In this document: piece after piece, positions 14,060 to 26,959 of the stretch
How the letters are laid out: each line of letters opens with the position of its first letter
Numbering within the stretch: the first letter of the stretch is position 1
DNA from: Bigelowiella natans CCMP2755
Lineage: Eukaryota; Protista; Cercozoa
Reading direction: 5' to 3'
DNA: 64,000 nucleotides
Assembly (NCBI GenBank): GCA_000320545.1
Contig: ADNK01003270.1
Location: forward strand, 42,979 to 106,978
Translations under genes and position numbers: made by a program
The notes under the pieces: model-generated
What the model was told of the DNA's origin: nothing
Databases searched by the model: none
Seen by the model: only the letters and a program-made list of their open reading frames with translations

Positions 14060-14399
14060 AACTGTGTAGCTGGATGTGGAAATAAGTTAGAATCATAAGA
14101 GAATGGCCTGGCCATTAACCACAGGCTACTCATTATTTCTCTTCATGAATTAAAATTGAAAATATATTTATCTTTATAGCTAATGGATTTCTAAAGGAAA
14201 AAAACAGCGCATTCACACGGGATGAGCCCAACGGATGCGCACATTTGTAGAGGGGATAATTGCCAGCATGCACGGACCCTTTTCTTTACTATCCATCATA
14301 TAGATAACCGCCTTTATTGGATTGTTAGATGGCGTCGTTGCCTCTCTCCACAGCGCTAGAGCATGTACTGTGTCTATGGTAGAAGGCGCTACAGTCGCC

Positions 14400-15290
14400 G
14401 TCGCTAGCGCAGCGGGGAGGCAAGTCCGTGCAGAAATGCGATGCATGCATGGCATGATCCACAGCACAGCTTGACAGCCACTTCACTCGGCACCAACACG
14501 GACTACAGTCGTCAATGCACAGACACGTGGCAGACATCATTTCTACGCGCACGCACACATGTCTAAATGCGCTGCATGAACGAACCCATGACGAAGCGTG
14601 CTAGCTAGCTAGCGTGGCCAGAAGTGCACATGCTAGCATGGGTGTCGATCTGTGTCTGCACACACGTCTAGACGTCCCTGCGACACAACTCTAGAACTCT
14701 AGAACTGCGCATGCTAGCTAGCATGCATGCTGTCACGTCGTGCATGTCTAGATGTGCAGTGACATGGCTAGCAGGCAGCACAGCTAGAAAGCTAGACATG
14801 CAGCGTGTCTAGGTGTGCTCTCAGGTTCCTTGCAATGTCGACACGGCATCCGACATTGCATGCTGCACGCACGTTGTCTGGCAATGTGTTCATTGTGCAA
14901 GGTGCATGTGTCTGACCAACGCACATTTGGCGCACCACTCCACACCACACGCTTGCTGCGTGTGCAATGACACCGATGCACCTGCCTAGCTAGCTAGCTG
15001 CGCACAACACTTGGAACAAGCTGGGCAACCTAGCAATGATGCATGTCTGCGGGTGTGAAAACAAAACAAAAAATTGTGTTGTTGATCGTTGCACACTTGT
15101 CCCGTTGCGATGGACCGCTGCACGTGCTGCTCCAGTGAGTGTCATTGGCACGCATAGACAGTACTAGAGTGTCAGAGCTGTGGCAATGTGGTGCCAGCAA
15201 TGAACCTAGCAACAGATGACGTGTGGGCCATGGAGGTGCTCACTTGTCGCAGCGTCTCAAACTAGTGGCATGAAGAATCACCGGGACAAT
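14400..15290. other. TpA-depleted, CTAG-rich intergenic domain
   Basis: In 14581-15060 I count 18 TA dinucleotides, all within CTAG. Confidence 0.9.
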
Positions 15291-15675
15291 CCGATTTCAA
15301 ATGAAATACAACACAATTCAACATGTTATTTACAACCACACGTTGTCGTAGTTTGAAAATGAGTATTTTTTACCAAAACAAGAGTTACATTAGTCATTGC
15401 CTTTGGAGAATCATCATCTATCAAGCACCCATTCATCCCTCCTCCATCCTTATCAAGAACCAGATAAACAACCACTACGACGTTTCGGGTAATCTATATA
15501 CATTGATGAGGGTTATTTGATCTGAATTCACGTCTGAATCCTCGAAATCAGTGATGGTGAACAGAAACAGTCATCATCTCCATTTTGCCATCTTCTTGTT
15601 TTTTGTTGGTCTGTATAGATCTACTTTACCGCTAACGAAATTTTATTTATTATGCACTTTTCATCCACGCAGAAG

Positions 15676-16879
15676 ATGATTTCCTCCATTCTATTGATCG
15701 CATTGTCGACGATGCAAGTATCCGCAATCAAGTCCATCCCGAAGTTTGAAGCATGGAAAAAGGAATTTGGAAAGAGGTGAAAGTGAATGTTCACAGTGGG
15801 AAAATGCATTTGCAGCAACACCTTTTATTCCTTAGTTATGAAGAAGCGGGAAAAGAGGATAAGGCTCGCCTTAACTTTGGTAATTCCAAGCTCATCCTCT
15901 ATACATCAGCCATCCATAAACTCTCCACCGTTCTATTGTTAGTCGAGAACGAGCGCATTATCCAAGGTCTCAACGAAAATGAATTGGGGAGCGCAGTTTA
16001 TGGGCACACAAGATTCTCAGACATGTCTCCAGAACAGTTCCGAGCGATGGTGATGGAAAAGATATTTTCGACATGATGATGATGATGATGATGATGGTGA
16101 TGGATCTGTGCCAGTATTACTAAGCAACTGCAGCCTATTCTCTGCTGCTACCACCACTACTTTCGTGGACCGATCTGCCAAGTTTACCCTTGTTGAAATA
16201 TTGTCACAGCTCACCATGACTATGTTGATCAGATGACACCGTTCAAGTACCATACTGATGAGGCTGAGAACGCTGCGTACGATCAGAACAAAGTAGTATG
16301 AAATCGTTAAATGTCCATCGAAATATGACGTGGATAGAATATTGCTGGGCGCGGTTCCATAGGGCGAATATATCGAGATGAGAGTTGGGAGGGTGCAATA
16401 TGCAACAATGCCAATGATGTAGGCTAGAGGAGGGAAATCTTTACATGTTACGGCGATACGTGAATAAAAAGCCTGGATTCCACCCTATTACCTTGCAGAA
16501 TGCTGTCAAGGTTACTGATAGCTTCGATTGGCGCGATTTCAATGCTTTGACGCCTGTGAAGGATCAAGGTACTAAGAAATTTTCGGACAACAAAGTCGAT
16601 TAGAATATCGTTCGCAAACCTGTCGTCTAATGTGATGCCATCGATTATACAACCGTGGTAATGATGGTCAATGAGTAAATTAAAGCAAGCACGCATATGG
16701 CAGCTCCAAATAAAATATTCTGATCATCGTTCTTGCAGGGGGTTGCGGATCATGCTGGGCTTTCTCGGCAACCCAGGTGTTAATACCACAGTGATAGTCA
16801 AAGCGGTGCAGTATCTAATTCTTTTCGAAATGGGTCGAAGATCAATGCGTTTTTGTTTACAGAATTCTCCAACAAATAT

Positions 16880-16929
<50 letters not shown>

Positions 16930-17316
16930 GCGCACGCACATGTGAAGCGTTACTGGTACTCAAAAGCAATTTAATAACGGTTTCTTCTTTTATTCTTGCA
17001 AGGCTTTGGAATCCGCCCATTACATCAAGCACAATGATACTTTGGACTCCCCGGTGTTATATCATTTTTACCACCACAAATATTATTTTCACTACCCCCA
17101 ACAGTGGCATGAAGCAGGAGATGGAAGTCATGCTGCCCGCACCATGCGGCGACACATTGCCCTTCTTGTTCGTTGTTGCTTGATTCATCATCATTAAACT
17201 TTGGAACAGATTGCTTTGTCCACAGAGCAGCTTGTGGAGTGCGATCAGCACGACTACGCTTGCTATGGGTGGGTAGCAGCAGCTATAATCTTAGTTTTCA
17301 GCTATGCTTCTATGTT

Positions 17317-17353
<37 letters not shown>

Positions 17354-19216
17354 TAGTAGCAGTAGTAAAGGAATGCGAGTAGCTTAGCAATTGAAGGGGA
17401 TTAGTGAATGTTGTAAATATTAGAGAATGGTATGATTAAGATGCAAGGTTATGTTATGCTGCATCACTGCTCAACGTGTTCTTTTTTAAAATATGAGACC
17501 AGAGGACTGATTTGCTACATGCATCATTTGTACATGTGTGGTGTTATAGAAGTATTGAATATATTAGGAAGCACTAGCACCGTATCGTCGTTTTCTTTGT
17601 TCTATTATCCCCATTCTCGTCTAAAAATTCGTCCCTTCACAGAGGTTTCCCTCGCGATGCAATGAAGTATATTAAGGAGAGCGGTGGTCTCGTTGCTGAG
17701 GTATAGTTACTCAAATATTTGGTCGAGTGTGTGACTGTAATAATGCATGATTATCGGCAGCTGTAGGGAGTTGGTAGGGGTGTGCTCCGTTATTTCTGTG
17801 GTTTTCGTGTTACTGCTGCCTTTTTGCGGTTTGTTTCTTCAGTTGTCTTCCATACTCAGCATGATGTAGGATGCTTGTTATTATTTGGCAACGATGATTC
17901 AGGCTGATTATCCTTACAATGTGGAGGGCCATACCGTATGCTTGGCAAACCAAACGTTCAACGAGACTTGCGGAGACGGTGATGACTATACATAAGGCGG
18001 AATATTCAGCAATAGTAAAAGGCTGTGTTAGATGACTAACATTATGGTGTCCTCATTGCGCTCAGGGATTTGCGATGACCCTCCCCTGACCAACTTCTGC
18101 GATTTGACTTGTAAGTTGGGGGGAGAAAAGGGCTTGAAGCCGGTTGCATCTATCACCGATTGGGAGCAGGTCCATATACTTAATCAAGACGGTGATGATA
18201 AAATAATGATGATGACGATGATGATGATAAGGTTGATGATAATATGTCCTCCTCTTTGAATTCTCTTTTACCTCTATACGTCCCTCTTCTTCTTCTTCCT
18301 GCTCCTCCTCCTACTTAGGTTCCTAGCGACGAAGATAAGATTGCATCATATCTCGCACTGAAGCACCCTCTATCAGTCTCCATTGATGCAGGGTGAAGAT
18401 AGATAGATAGATAACTCCAAGATCTTTTCTTCTCTGAGTAGTAGAACAGTTTGCAGCAGACAGAGAATAGTTGCATAGATTATAATGCAACAGCACATTC
18501 ATCATTCACTAAATATTCAGAGAGGGACTGTCGTGGATGCAGTTTTACAAGGTAATTACAGCAATTGTAGAGTACAACTCTTAGCGGTCATCTACACGTC
18601 GTCCTACATTGAAGGGCCATAGCCATCCTCATTACCAGCATATCATTCAAACGACCAACAATATCATTGTTACTTATATTTGCCATTATAACATATCAAA
18701 CAGCATGGAGTTGCTAATCCTCGATTCTGTTCCAAAACGTCTCTCAACCATGCGGTGATAATGATAATGAATGCATAGAAATAAAGGCGGTTGTATCGGA
18801 ATGACTATATACTCGAAACGGGTTCTTACTTCCGCATAATATGGACAGCACCAAAGCAAGAACTGTTTAGCTTCTCCCTCTACCCCCCCCCCCCCTCTCT
18901 CTTTCTTTCTCTTTCTATCTTTCTCTCTGTAATTTGAAGCTGCTGCGTATTGTTTCGGTTGCACAAAAAAAGGTTCTCCTCGTTGGATTTGGCGTCGATG
19001 GAGGCAAAGCATTCTGGATTGTGAAGAACAGTTGGGGTGAAAAATGGGGAGAAAATGGGTAAAATTGCTAAAATACATATGCATTGTCACATGATAGTGC
19101 GGACCTACTTTCTCATTTATTTTTTGCCCTATCATCTGTACAGATATTTCAGGCTTATCCGAGGAAAGGGTGCTTGTGGTATTAATACCCGTGTTGTGTC
19201 TCCAATTGCTGCATAA
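15676..19216 (+). CDS. Papain-family (C1A) cysteine protease preproprotein, cathepsin L/F-like (spliced)
   Basis: Signal peptide, I29-type prodomain ([14 protein letters not shown]), [29 protein letters not shown] and [24 protein letters not shown]. Confidence 0.95.
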
Positions 19217-20475
19217 GTATCGTATGACCGAAATGGCAAGCATCCGAAGAAGCCTTCAATTCTAGAATTCTAGCCAGGATCTGCCATTTATACAATGCAA
19301 AGCTTTGCAGAGGAGTAGAGTTCGCCCGGGGTGTACATAAATTGCATCGATGAATGTTTAATTCACGTGATTTTTTCACGAATCGCCCCAAATATGACAA
19401 AATCAGCTTCGTAAACATGTTGCATGGCTTTCCAGCACACGCATCATTTGCATGGCGTTCGTTGTTTGATCATCATGCTAGCCAGTGCATGCGCACATTG
19501 TCGCAGCATCGCACCGCCATCACATGGCATGTTGTGTGCGGATCAATGATAGGCATAGCCTACTCTAGCTAGTCTAGTACCAGCACGCACTAGCAGCAGC
19601 GCTGTCATGCGCTCATGCGATCAATTTGGGTGACGTCGCCATGGCGTAGACTTCCTTCACTTGCTAGTTTGCTTGCGTGTCGCAGGTGACGTACATGGCT
19701 AGCTAGCTAGCCCCCTAATTTTGATGCTAGCGCTAGATCTGCGTGATCGATTTTGCTTTAAAGACACTCGGGCTGTACGTCGTTGAGGCTTGCATGATTG
19801 GGGGGTTGTTGTCCATGTCGTAGTGCAAGGATCATTCAACAATAGACATACGTATATATAATATATATAATATATAATATATATAATATATACTGTGTCT
19901 ATAGTTTCAAATTTGCTGAATCAGTCTAGCAGTGTGAGTAAGACATTGCATGACACTGTGCTGGAAAACACAGGTGTGGATCAAATTGGAGTGATTCACA
20001 AGTTTGGCTAGTTGGGCCTCACGATCACTTGCTTCAGACGGCGGGAGGACGTTCCCCTAGTCCCGGAAAGAAAACGCGAAGGTGCCTGAACATTATTTGC
20101 AGGCACAACAATCACAGTGGTCATCGCTGACTGCGCACACTGTCTAACTGTAACTGAATGTGTGTCATTGCTGTTGCACGCGCGTTCAGGGTTGCTATCA
20201 TGCAATCAAAAGCTCGAATTCGTTGTGCGTTCATTGATTGCTGCTGCCGTGAGCGCGCAACCATATGATGATGAAACGTGTGGCATCGCAGTGAACGTAC
20301 GCACGCTCTGTCACAGTGCAGCGTGCAACCTGCATGACGAACCAACACAATGAGCAACATGAAATTGGCATCATAACGTTTTCAATGGCGGCTAATCTTG
20401 TTATCATATTTCGACATGGACGACATACGGAGGCCTCACGTCGGGAATAAGACGAAATGATGGGCTGCATCAATA

Positions 20476-21000
20476 TCATTTTCTAGGACAATCTGCACAG
20501 AATGTAGAAGGATCCTTGCGCTCAGGATGGGCACACTTCTGTTTTTTGGCCATGTAACGTTCTCGTGAAGTCATGGCTTTTGATGGGTTTGTAGCAGAAG
20601 GAATTGACAACTGGGAAACCATGTTTTCAATGTCCACCTGTAATCATCACATGCTGCGTGAGACGACAGAGCTACATGACAGTTGCACAACGTCTAGTCC
20701 GAACTATAAAGTCCAGGGAAAAATAGATAAATATTAAACTTGTTTACCTTCGTCAGCGTAGGGTTCATTGCAAGCTTGACAGGCGACATAATTTGGGACT
20801 TCCTTGCAAAACCCCCCTGTGGTGTTTTGACGCTTCTTGCAGAAAGACCGATACCTAAAAAACACCTTTCTTGATCAACAATCCCTGGAATTCTTGTCAA
20901 CTTAATTGATCAAACCGTTGTCGGGTGCAGCTGTGAGAACCACAAGAAGGACTGCAAGGACGAGGTTTACTAAGAGGCTAGCCAGGAGGGAGGACCGCAT
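20476..21000 (-). CDS. Small (127 aa) protein with signal peptide, transit-like leader and C-terminal Cys/His motif; 3 exons
   Basis: Exons 21000-20916, 20884-20748 and 20637-20476 join at GT-AG sites into MRSSLLASLLVNLVLAVLLVVLTAA...KCAHPERKDPSTFCADCPRK*. Confidence 0.7.
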
Positions 21001-21583
21001 GCTTTCTGCTGGCTTAGGAGACGTCGACGTCGACGTTACCGAAAAATACTTTTCCCCACATTTACATTATCGGCAGATTGATACGACAAGTACTCAGTAC
21101 GACAAGCATTTTTCTCTGTCTAAAGGATAAAATGAATGCGAACAATCAACCGGAAATATAAAAAACAAGGCTGGTTATTTATGAAATTAGACAGAAATAT
21201 CATCGGAAAATATCATAGCTAAGTAAAGGTCCAAATAAAGCTGAGGTTGTAATATGGTCAAAATACAACAAGGCATCTCCAGCAAGCAGTGAGGTAATAT
21301 CCCAACGACAAAAAGGAATATCGCATTTGTTGTTTAGAGGTCTTTAGGAAGATGATTTGAAATATTTATTAACCGGAAACATCTTATTAAAAAATGTCTA
21401 AAATTAATCCCCCCCACGAAGAAAACTAACCGTTAAAGAAAAGATCGGAGAGAGGGGGGTCTGAGGCTCTACCAGACTCACGCATCGCATATGCTACTCG
21501 TTCGCAAGAACGACTCCTACGCCAGTGATAAGAAAAAAGTTGTAAAATGTATTCTTCAAAAGATTCTTCCTAATCCGTAGAAA

Positions 21584-23317
21584 ATGCTTTTGCAGGGAGG
21601 CGAAAAGCATCGTAAAACTGTGGTGAAAGATAGGTGAGGTGCATAGGAGTTATTCTTGAAGGTGTGATTGCTAAGCTGAGCGGGTCTAATTAAACACAGG
21701 GACGAGTACGTTCACCATCTGGAATCGCAAATTGACAACATGCAGGGCTCTCACGCTACGCTTCAAAGTCTCCGAGACGACATCTACAGTTAAGCATCTA
21801 TTTACTGCACAGCCGACTATCCACCCGCACTCCTACCGCACTCTTAAATAACAATTAGATTATCCAACACTATATATTTAATTTAATCAGGTCTGAATAC
21901 GAAACACACTGAAACAAGGAATATGGTCGAGACTCTGGCAAGAGCAGCAAGGTGCCTGCTGTGTAATAATAAAGACGTAACATATTTACGATGATGATAG
22001 CAGCAGATGAACATCATACCTTCGTTAACTCGTATTCAGTACTATTAATGTCCTCTGATATTATAATCCACTGAATTTGACCTTTCCATATCTGGATGTG
22101 ACGAATATTAAAATACATCGCAGGATACGAACAAGAACGGCTTCTTCGAGGCAGGTTGTAATAGATTCCTAAAAATAAAAGGGATAACGAATGCTGGGCT
22201 GACTAGAAAATGGATATTATCATCGTGTACATACAACACAATCCTGTGTATTATGTGGAAACAATAATAGGACAGTATTCGTGAAAGCTTAGAGCAGTTA
22301 GACAGTCAAGTCTTGGCTCTAGAACAACAACAACAACAGCAGCAGCAGCATCGGACCTCGATTTTGGACGAGGTATTAGTCATTTTGAGGTGCTATATGT
22401 GTGTTTTTGTAATTGCCATTACAAAGAAGAGTGCGACTTAGTTTCAGCAAGGGCAAGATTTAAAGGAAATGATGTTCAGAGATTGAAGCAGAAAAACCCT
22501 TAAGCAAAAATATCCGTAGCTTCCTTCTTCATTCATCAGTAAATTGAATGAATGAATTGCACTGTAGGTTCTATCAATAACAAAGACACAACAATCGAGT
22601 ATCGAAACTAAGTTTCGCGTGCAACTGCAAGAGATGAGGAGTCAAATTGAGGAGAAACATAAGGCAGATAGAACTCGTTGTTGTTGTTGTCGTTGTCATC
22701 ACCATGATGGTTTTTCCGTCGTGTGTTATGTGTAATACAGTCTTTCTGATGACTAATCATTGGCCACCAACCACATGTAATATAGTCAAAAGTCGCTACA
22801 CTGGATGAAGAGCTTAAGGCATCCCACATACAAATTGAAAGGCTAAGGAATGAGCTCTCAGCGACACAGGAAAAACTTGCCGTCTCCAATGAAAAGATCG
22901 ATACGTTGTTATTCCTTTCATCCCAGAAGCAGCAGCAGCAACAGCAGCAGCAGATTCGAGAGGAAAAGAATGGTAGTGGGAGCACGTTATGGTTGGGAGT
23001 AGATAAGGCTCTCGAGGAGGTTAAGACGCAAGCTTGGAGTGCTGAGCAGACATGTAGTATTAGTATATATATATATATAAATATATACTCAACGCACGAC
23101 GATGATCTAAGAATTGGTGTAATTAGCAATAAATAAAGCAATGGATTGATGATATGAAACACTTTACTACAGGCACTCAATTAAGCCTAGACATGGTCAA
23201 AAAACTGGACTCGTTCCACCAACAATTAAACACGCAAACAGCAAGCTTATATACATACGTTCGAGAGAATAAGGTGCTTCTCTTCTTCTTCTTCATCGTC
23301 CTCCTTCTCCTCCTCCT

Positions 23318-23355
<38 letters not shown>

Positions 23356-24256
23356 ATACTACTACTGCTGCTGCTGCTGCTGCAAGCTTGTTCTTTTAAC
23401 TCATCTAGCAAGCAACAAAATATCTTCCCCTTATTTTTGCTATAACTACTAACCAACTAAAAACCTAAATAACTACTTCACTTAAATCATGAGGACCTCT
23501 TTGGGCAATAATCGCGAATCTTATCGTCATCTTCTCCATGCATTGTTTTGGCATCATCATCATGATCGTGTTTATTCTATCTAGCTATCATCCGAGAACA
23601 ACACACGTGCACTACTGATGGATTGTGAGGCCAACTTGCGAAGGAATTCTGATTCTAGATATCAAATCATCAACAAGCGACTCACCATGGTGCTACTATT
23701 ATTATTTACTAATACTATTATTACTATTATTATTATTATTATTATTATTATTATCACCAGTGTTAGTAATAGGTAGTAGTAGATTATGATAACAGTGACT
23801 ATGATAATGATGATGATGACGACGATTCTTCTCTTTTAAGATTATTTATGTCTGGAAAGCATGGGATTCACGGTGGTAGCGACCTTTCTTCTCATCCTCC
23901 TCGTTCTGGTTGTTGTTGTTGTTGCATTGTCGGTGTTCTATCTATTATCATCGTCTGTGGAATAATGATCCATCTGCAGATCGAATCCAAGTGCGAAACC
24001 AACAAAAGACTATTTTCTGAGGCTGCAGCAGAGACATCATTATCGTCATCATCGTCTCACATCGGCGAAGGAAGTAGTAGCACCAGCAGCAGAAATACTA
24101 GTTTATCCCTCCACAACAAAGATCATAGTGCGCACAAGAATCTGCTTATGCCTATCACGTTCAGGTAGAGAGAACAGCTTACACCATTCTATATTTTGTT
24201 TTTTGTTAGAATAGTAAATATATGATCTTCGCATTTCTTGCATATGCACACTAAAA

Positions 24257-24290
<34 letters not shown>

Positions 24291-25297
24291 TATAGATGTG
24301 TATATCCTTATCAATATCATCGTCATAATCATACTCGCACTTTATTAATACTTACAATCGTCGCAGATGTGAGAGGTTGCAAGGCGAGGTGAGGAGGTGC
24401 GCAAAATCGTGTGAAATCGCTCTCCGCTTGATCAGAGCTCAGTCAGAAAGCATTATGAAGGTGTCGCACGATGTAAGTCGTCTGCAAAAGAGCAGCATCA
24501 GTGATGAATCTATTGTGCATGGGGCGGCTGATGCTAAGGAAAAGAACAAGAATGAGCGATGGCGAGTGGCCGGAGATGAACCACAGGAAAATGGAAACCA
24601 AATCCACAAAATCAAAAATGGCGGCAAGAAGAGCTATTTTAGGAGTAGAAACAGCAGTAGCAGCAGCAGTCGCGATCTAGTTGTGACTGCAGGTGGTACA
24701 ATTATTATTATTATTTACTATTATTATTATTATTATTTATTACTATTATTTACTATTACCTGGATATTCATGCTCGCAAATAGTAAGCAACACTATGGAT
24801 CTTGTGTAAGAAGAAAGAAGTACTGATGATGGTGTTTCTACTGCTCGTTATCATCTTAGTGGCCAACGGATAACGTTATTATCCCCCAACCCTATCATGC
24901 CCATCACCTGTCTGATGACCCTTTTCCGTTTTCATTCATTATGGCAGAGTTAATGCGTGCAAAGGAAGTTTTGAAGCAAGAGAGCGAGCGACGCATGGCA
25001 ATGGAAAAGAATATAAAACATCAGCACGAGATTCTTCGGTTCGGTTTTAACAATTAATTGACTAATCAGTTGGCGAGCAGTATAATCATAACAGAAAATA
25101 GCTTGTAGGTAGTAGTATCGATGATCTCTCTATAACTATTTTGCTCACTCACTCATCATTTTGATTCTCGGTGTAAGAGGCAGAGATAACTTTAATCTTT
25201 TCTCTTAGATCAGAGCTCAAGCGCGAAATCGAGTCTCTTGCGGCTTTATGCTCTGTAATTGTGATTAATGTACATGTCTTCGTTGTTTGTGTGATAA

Positions 25298-25334
<37 letters not shown>

Positions 25335-25587
25335 GTAGCAAAGAGCATCATCTTTCTTACTTAGTCGAGCACCGCATGAATGTGACATATGATGCCTCTT
25401 CTTCCATCTACACTCGTTTGCATCGTATTTGGCACGGCCATTTTAGTTCTAGGTTTGCAACCTTGATGATGGCATCATCTCTTTCTCTCTGTGTCCACTG
25501 ACTTACTACAATTTCTACTAAGAATACTATGCGGACTTCAGATGGAGAAGCTTTCATCACTGAAACCAAAGTAACAGTAGTAGTAAT

Positions 25588-25618
<31 letters not shown>

Positions 25619-25958
25619 CTCTGCCAAGTATCAGCAGCAGTACCTCATTCCTCGATCGATCAACTACAAGTAATTATTTTACTCTGTTGGCAGCATTTTG
25701 CTGTTGGTGTTATCCAAATCAAAAAAACTTCCTCCCCTTTTACCTCAACTGCTGCAAACATTTAAGCTACAATATGAATCTTCGCATAACGGTGCAGTGA
25801 AAGAATATGTCAGTGATAATCTTGCTGATTTTGGCGGTATTTGTGGTTGCATCATGTTGGTGGTGTATGTTCACCAGGAAGTCCATCGCTCCCTGAAAGT
25901 CACTGAATCAAAAGTATGCTTCAATCTGTGCACCGCATTATCACTGTGGTTGTCGGTT

Positions 25959-25994
<36 letters not shown>

Positions 25995-26309
25995 GAATTG
26001 CAGAACGCTGTGTTGGAACATCGTAATAATTCTTTCACTTGAAAATTTTCTTTTGAAAGGTTGCTAATTCATACTTTGGTGCTTCGTAATGGATAATATT
26101 TCAATACGTACTACTATCGTACTTGTATTTGCAGGTTATCCAGCTCGCAGATAATCAGAGACAGCTTCGTGCAACCATACAGAAGATACACGACTCTTGT
26201 CTCGCTCTTGAAGATTCTGTAAAGTTTCTCTTCCAAAGAGGCTGCTGGCTCGCAGCGGAAGAGGAAATACCGGAAGAGTTTCATTTAAGAGAAGATGGTT
26301 GTACCATTG

Positions 26310-26361
<52 letters not shown>

Positions 26362-26382
26362 GAGAGTGAGTCAGGGGAGGAG

Positions 26383-26420
<38 letters not shown>

Positions 26421-26802
26421 CTGGAAGAGTTAAATATGAAATCAACAGTCGCCATCATGATCAGGAAGCGATTCTGGTAAGGGAGGTATTGCTACCTCAT
26501 CGCAGGGTCAAAATGGGTATGACAAGAAGAACACTCGTGGTAAAATCCCGTCTTCGTTGTCAAATATGATAAATGTGGAGCAGTTGGTCAAAGCTGTGCG
26601 GGCACTCGAGGAGGATCTGGATCCAACTCTGCCTTCATCTATGCAAACCGATGAGTGTAAAAGGAAGGGGGGGAAGAACGTGAAGCCTCCAGTACCAAAA
26701 AGCAACAAGCAGAGGAAAAACCGTACCGTCACCAGATCCCCTACAAATAATTACAGCTACGCCGATGCCACTGAGTCTAGCAGAAGTAAAAGAAAGGCTT
26801 GA
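21584..26802 (+). CDS. Hypothetical coiled-coil protein (many exons, 5' end uncertain)
   Basis: A series of GT-AG-bounded exons encoding heptad-rich segments (LDEELKASHIQIERLRNELS, EVRRCAKSCEIALR, VIQLADNQRQLRATIQKIHD). No recognisable family. Confidence 0.6.
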
Positions 26803-26959
26803 AATGTCATTTAATCTGAATCCGTCAATATATCTAGATAGCATAGATGTTAAAAATTGTATTGTATTTGATGACTGAATGTCTAGCCAGATGTGTAAGA
26901 GGCTAGCTTTTACAACACCTGATGTATTACTAGATCGACCCTTCATTGTTCACAACCTT

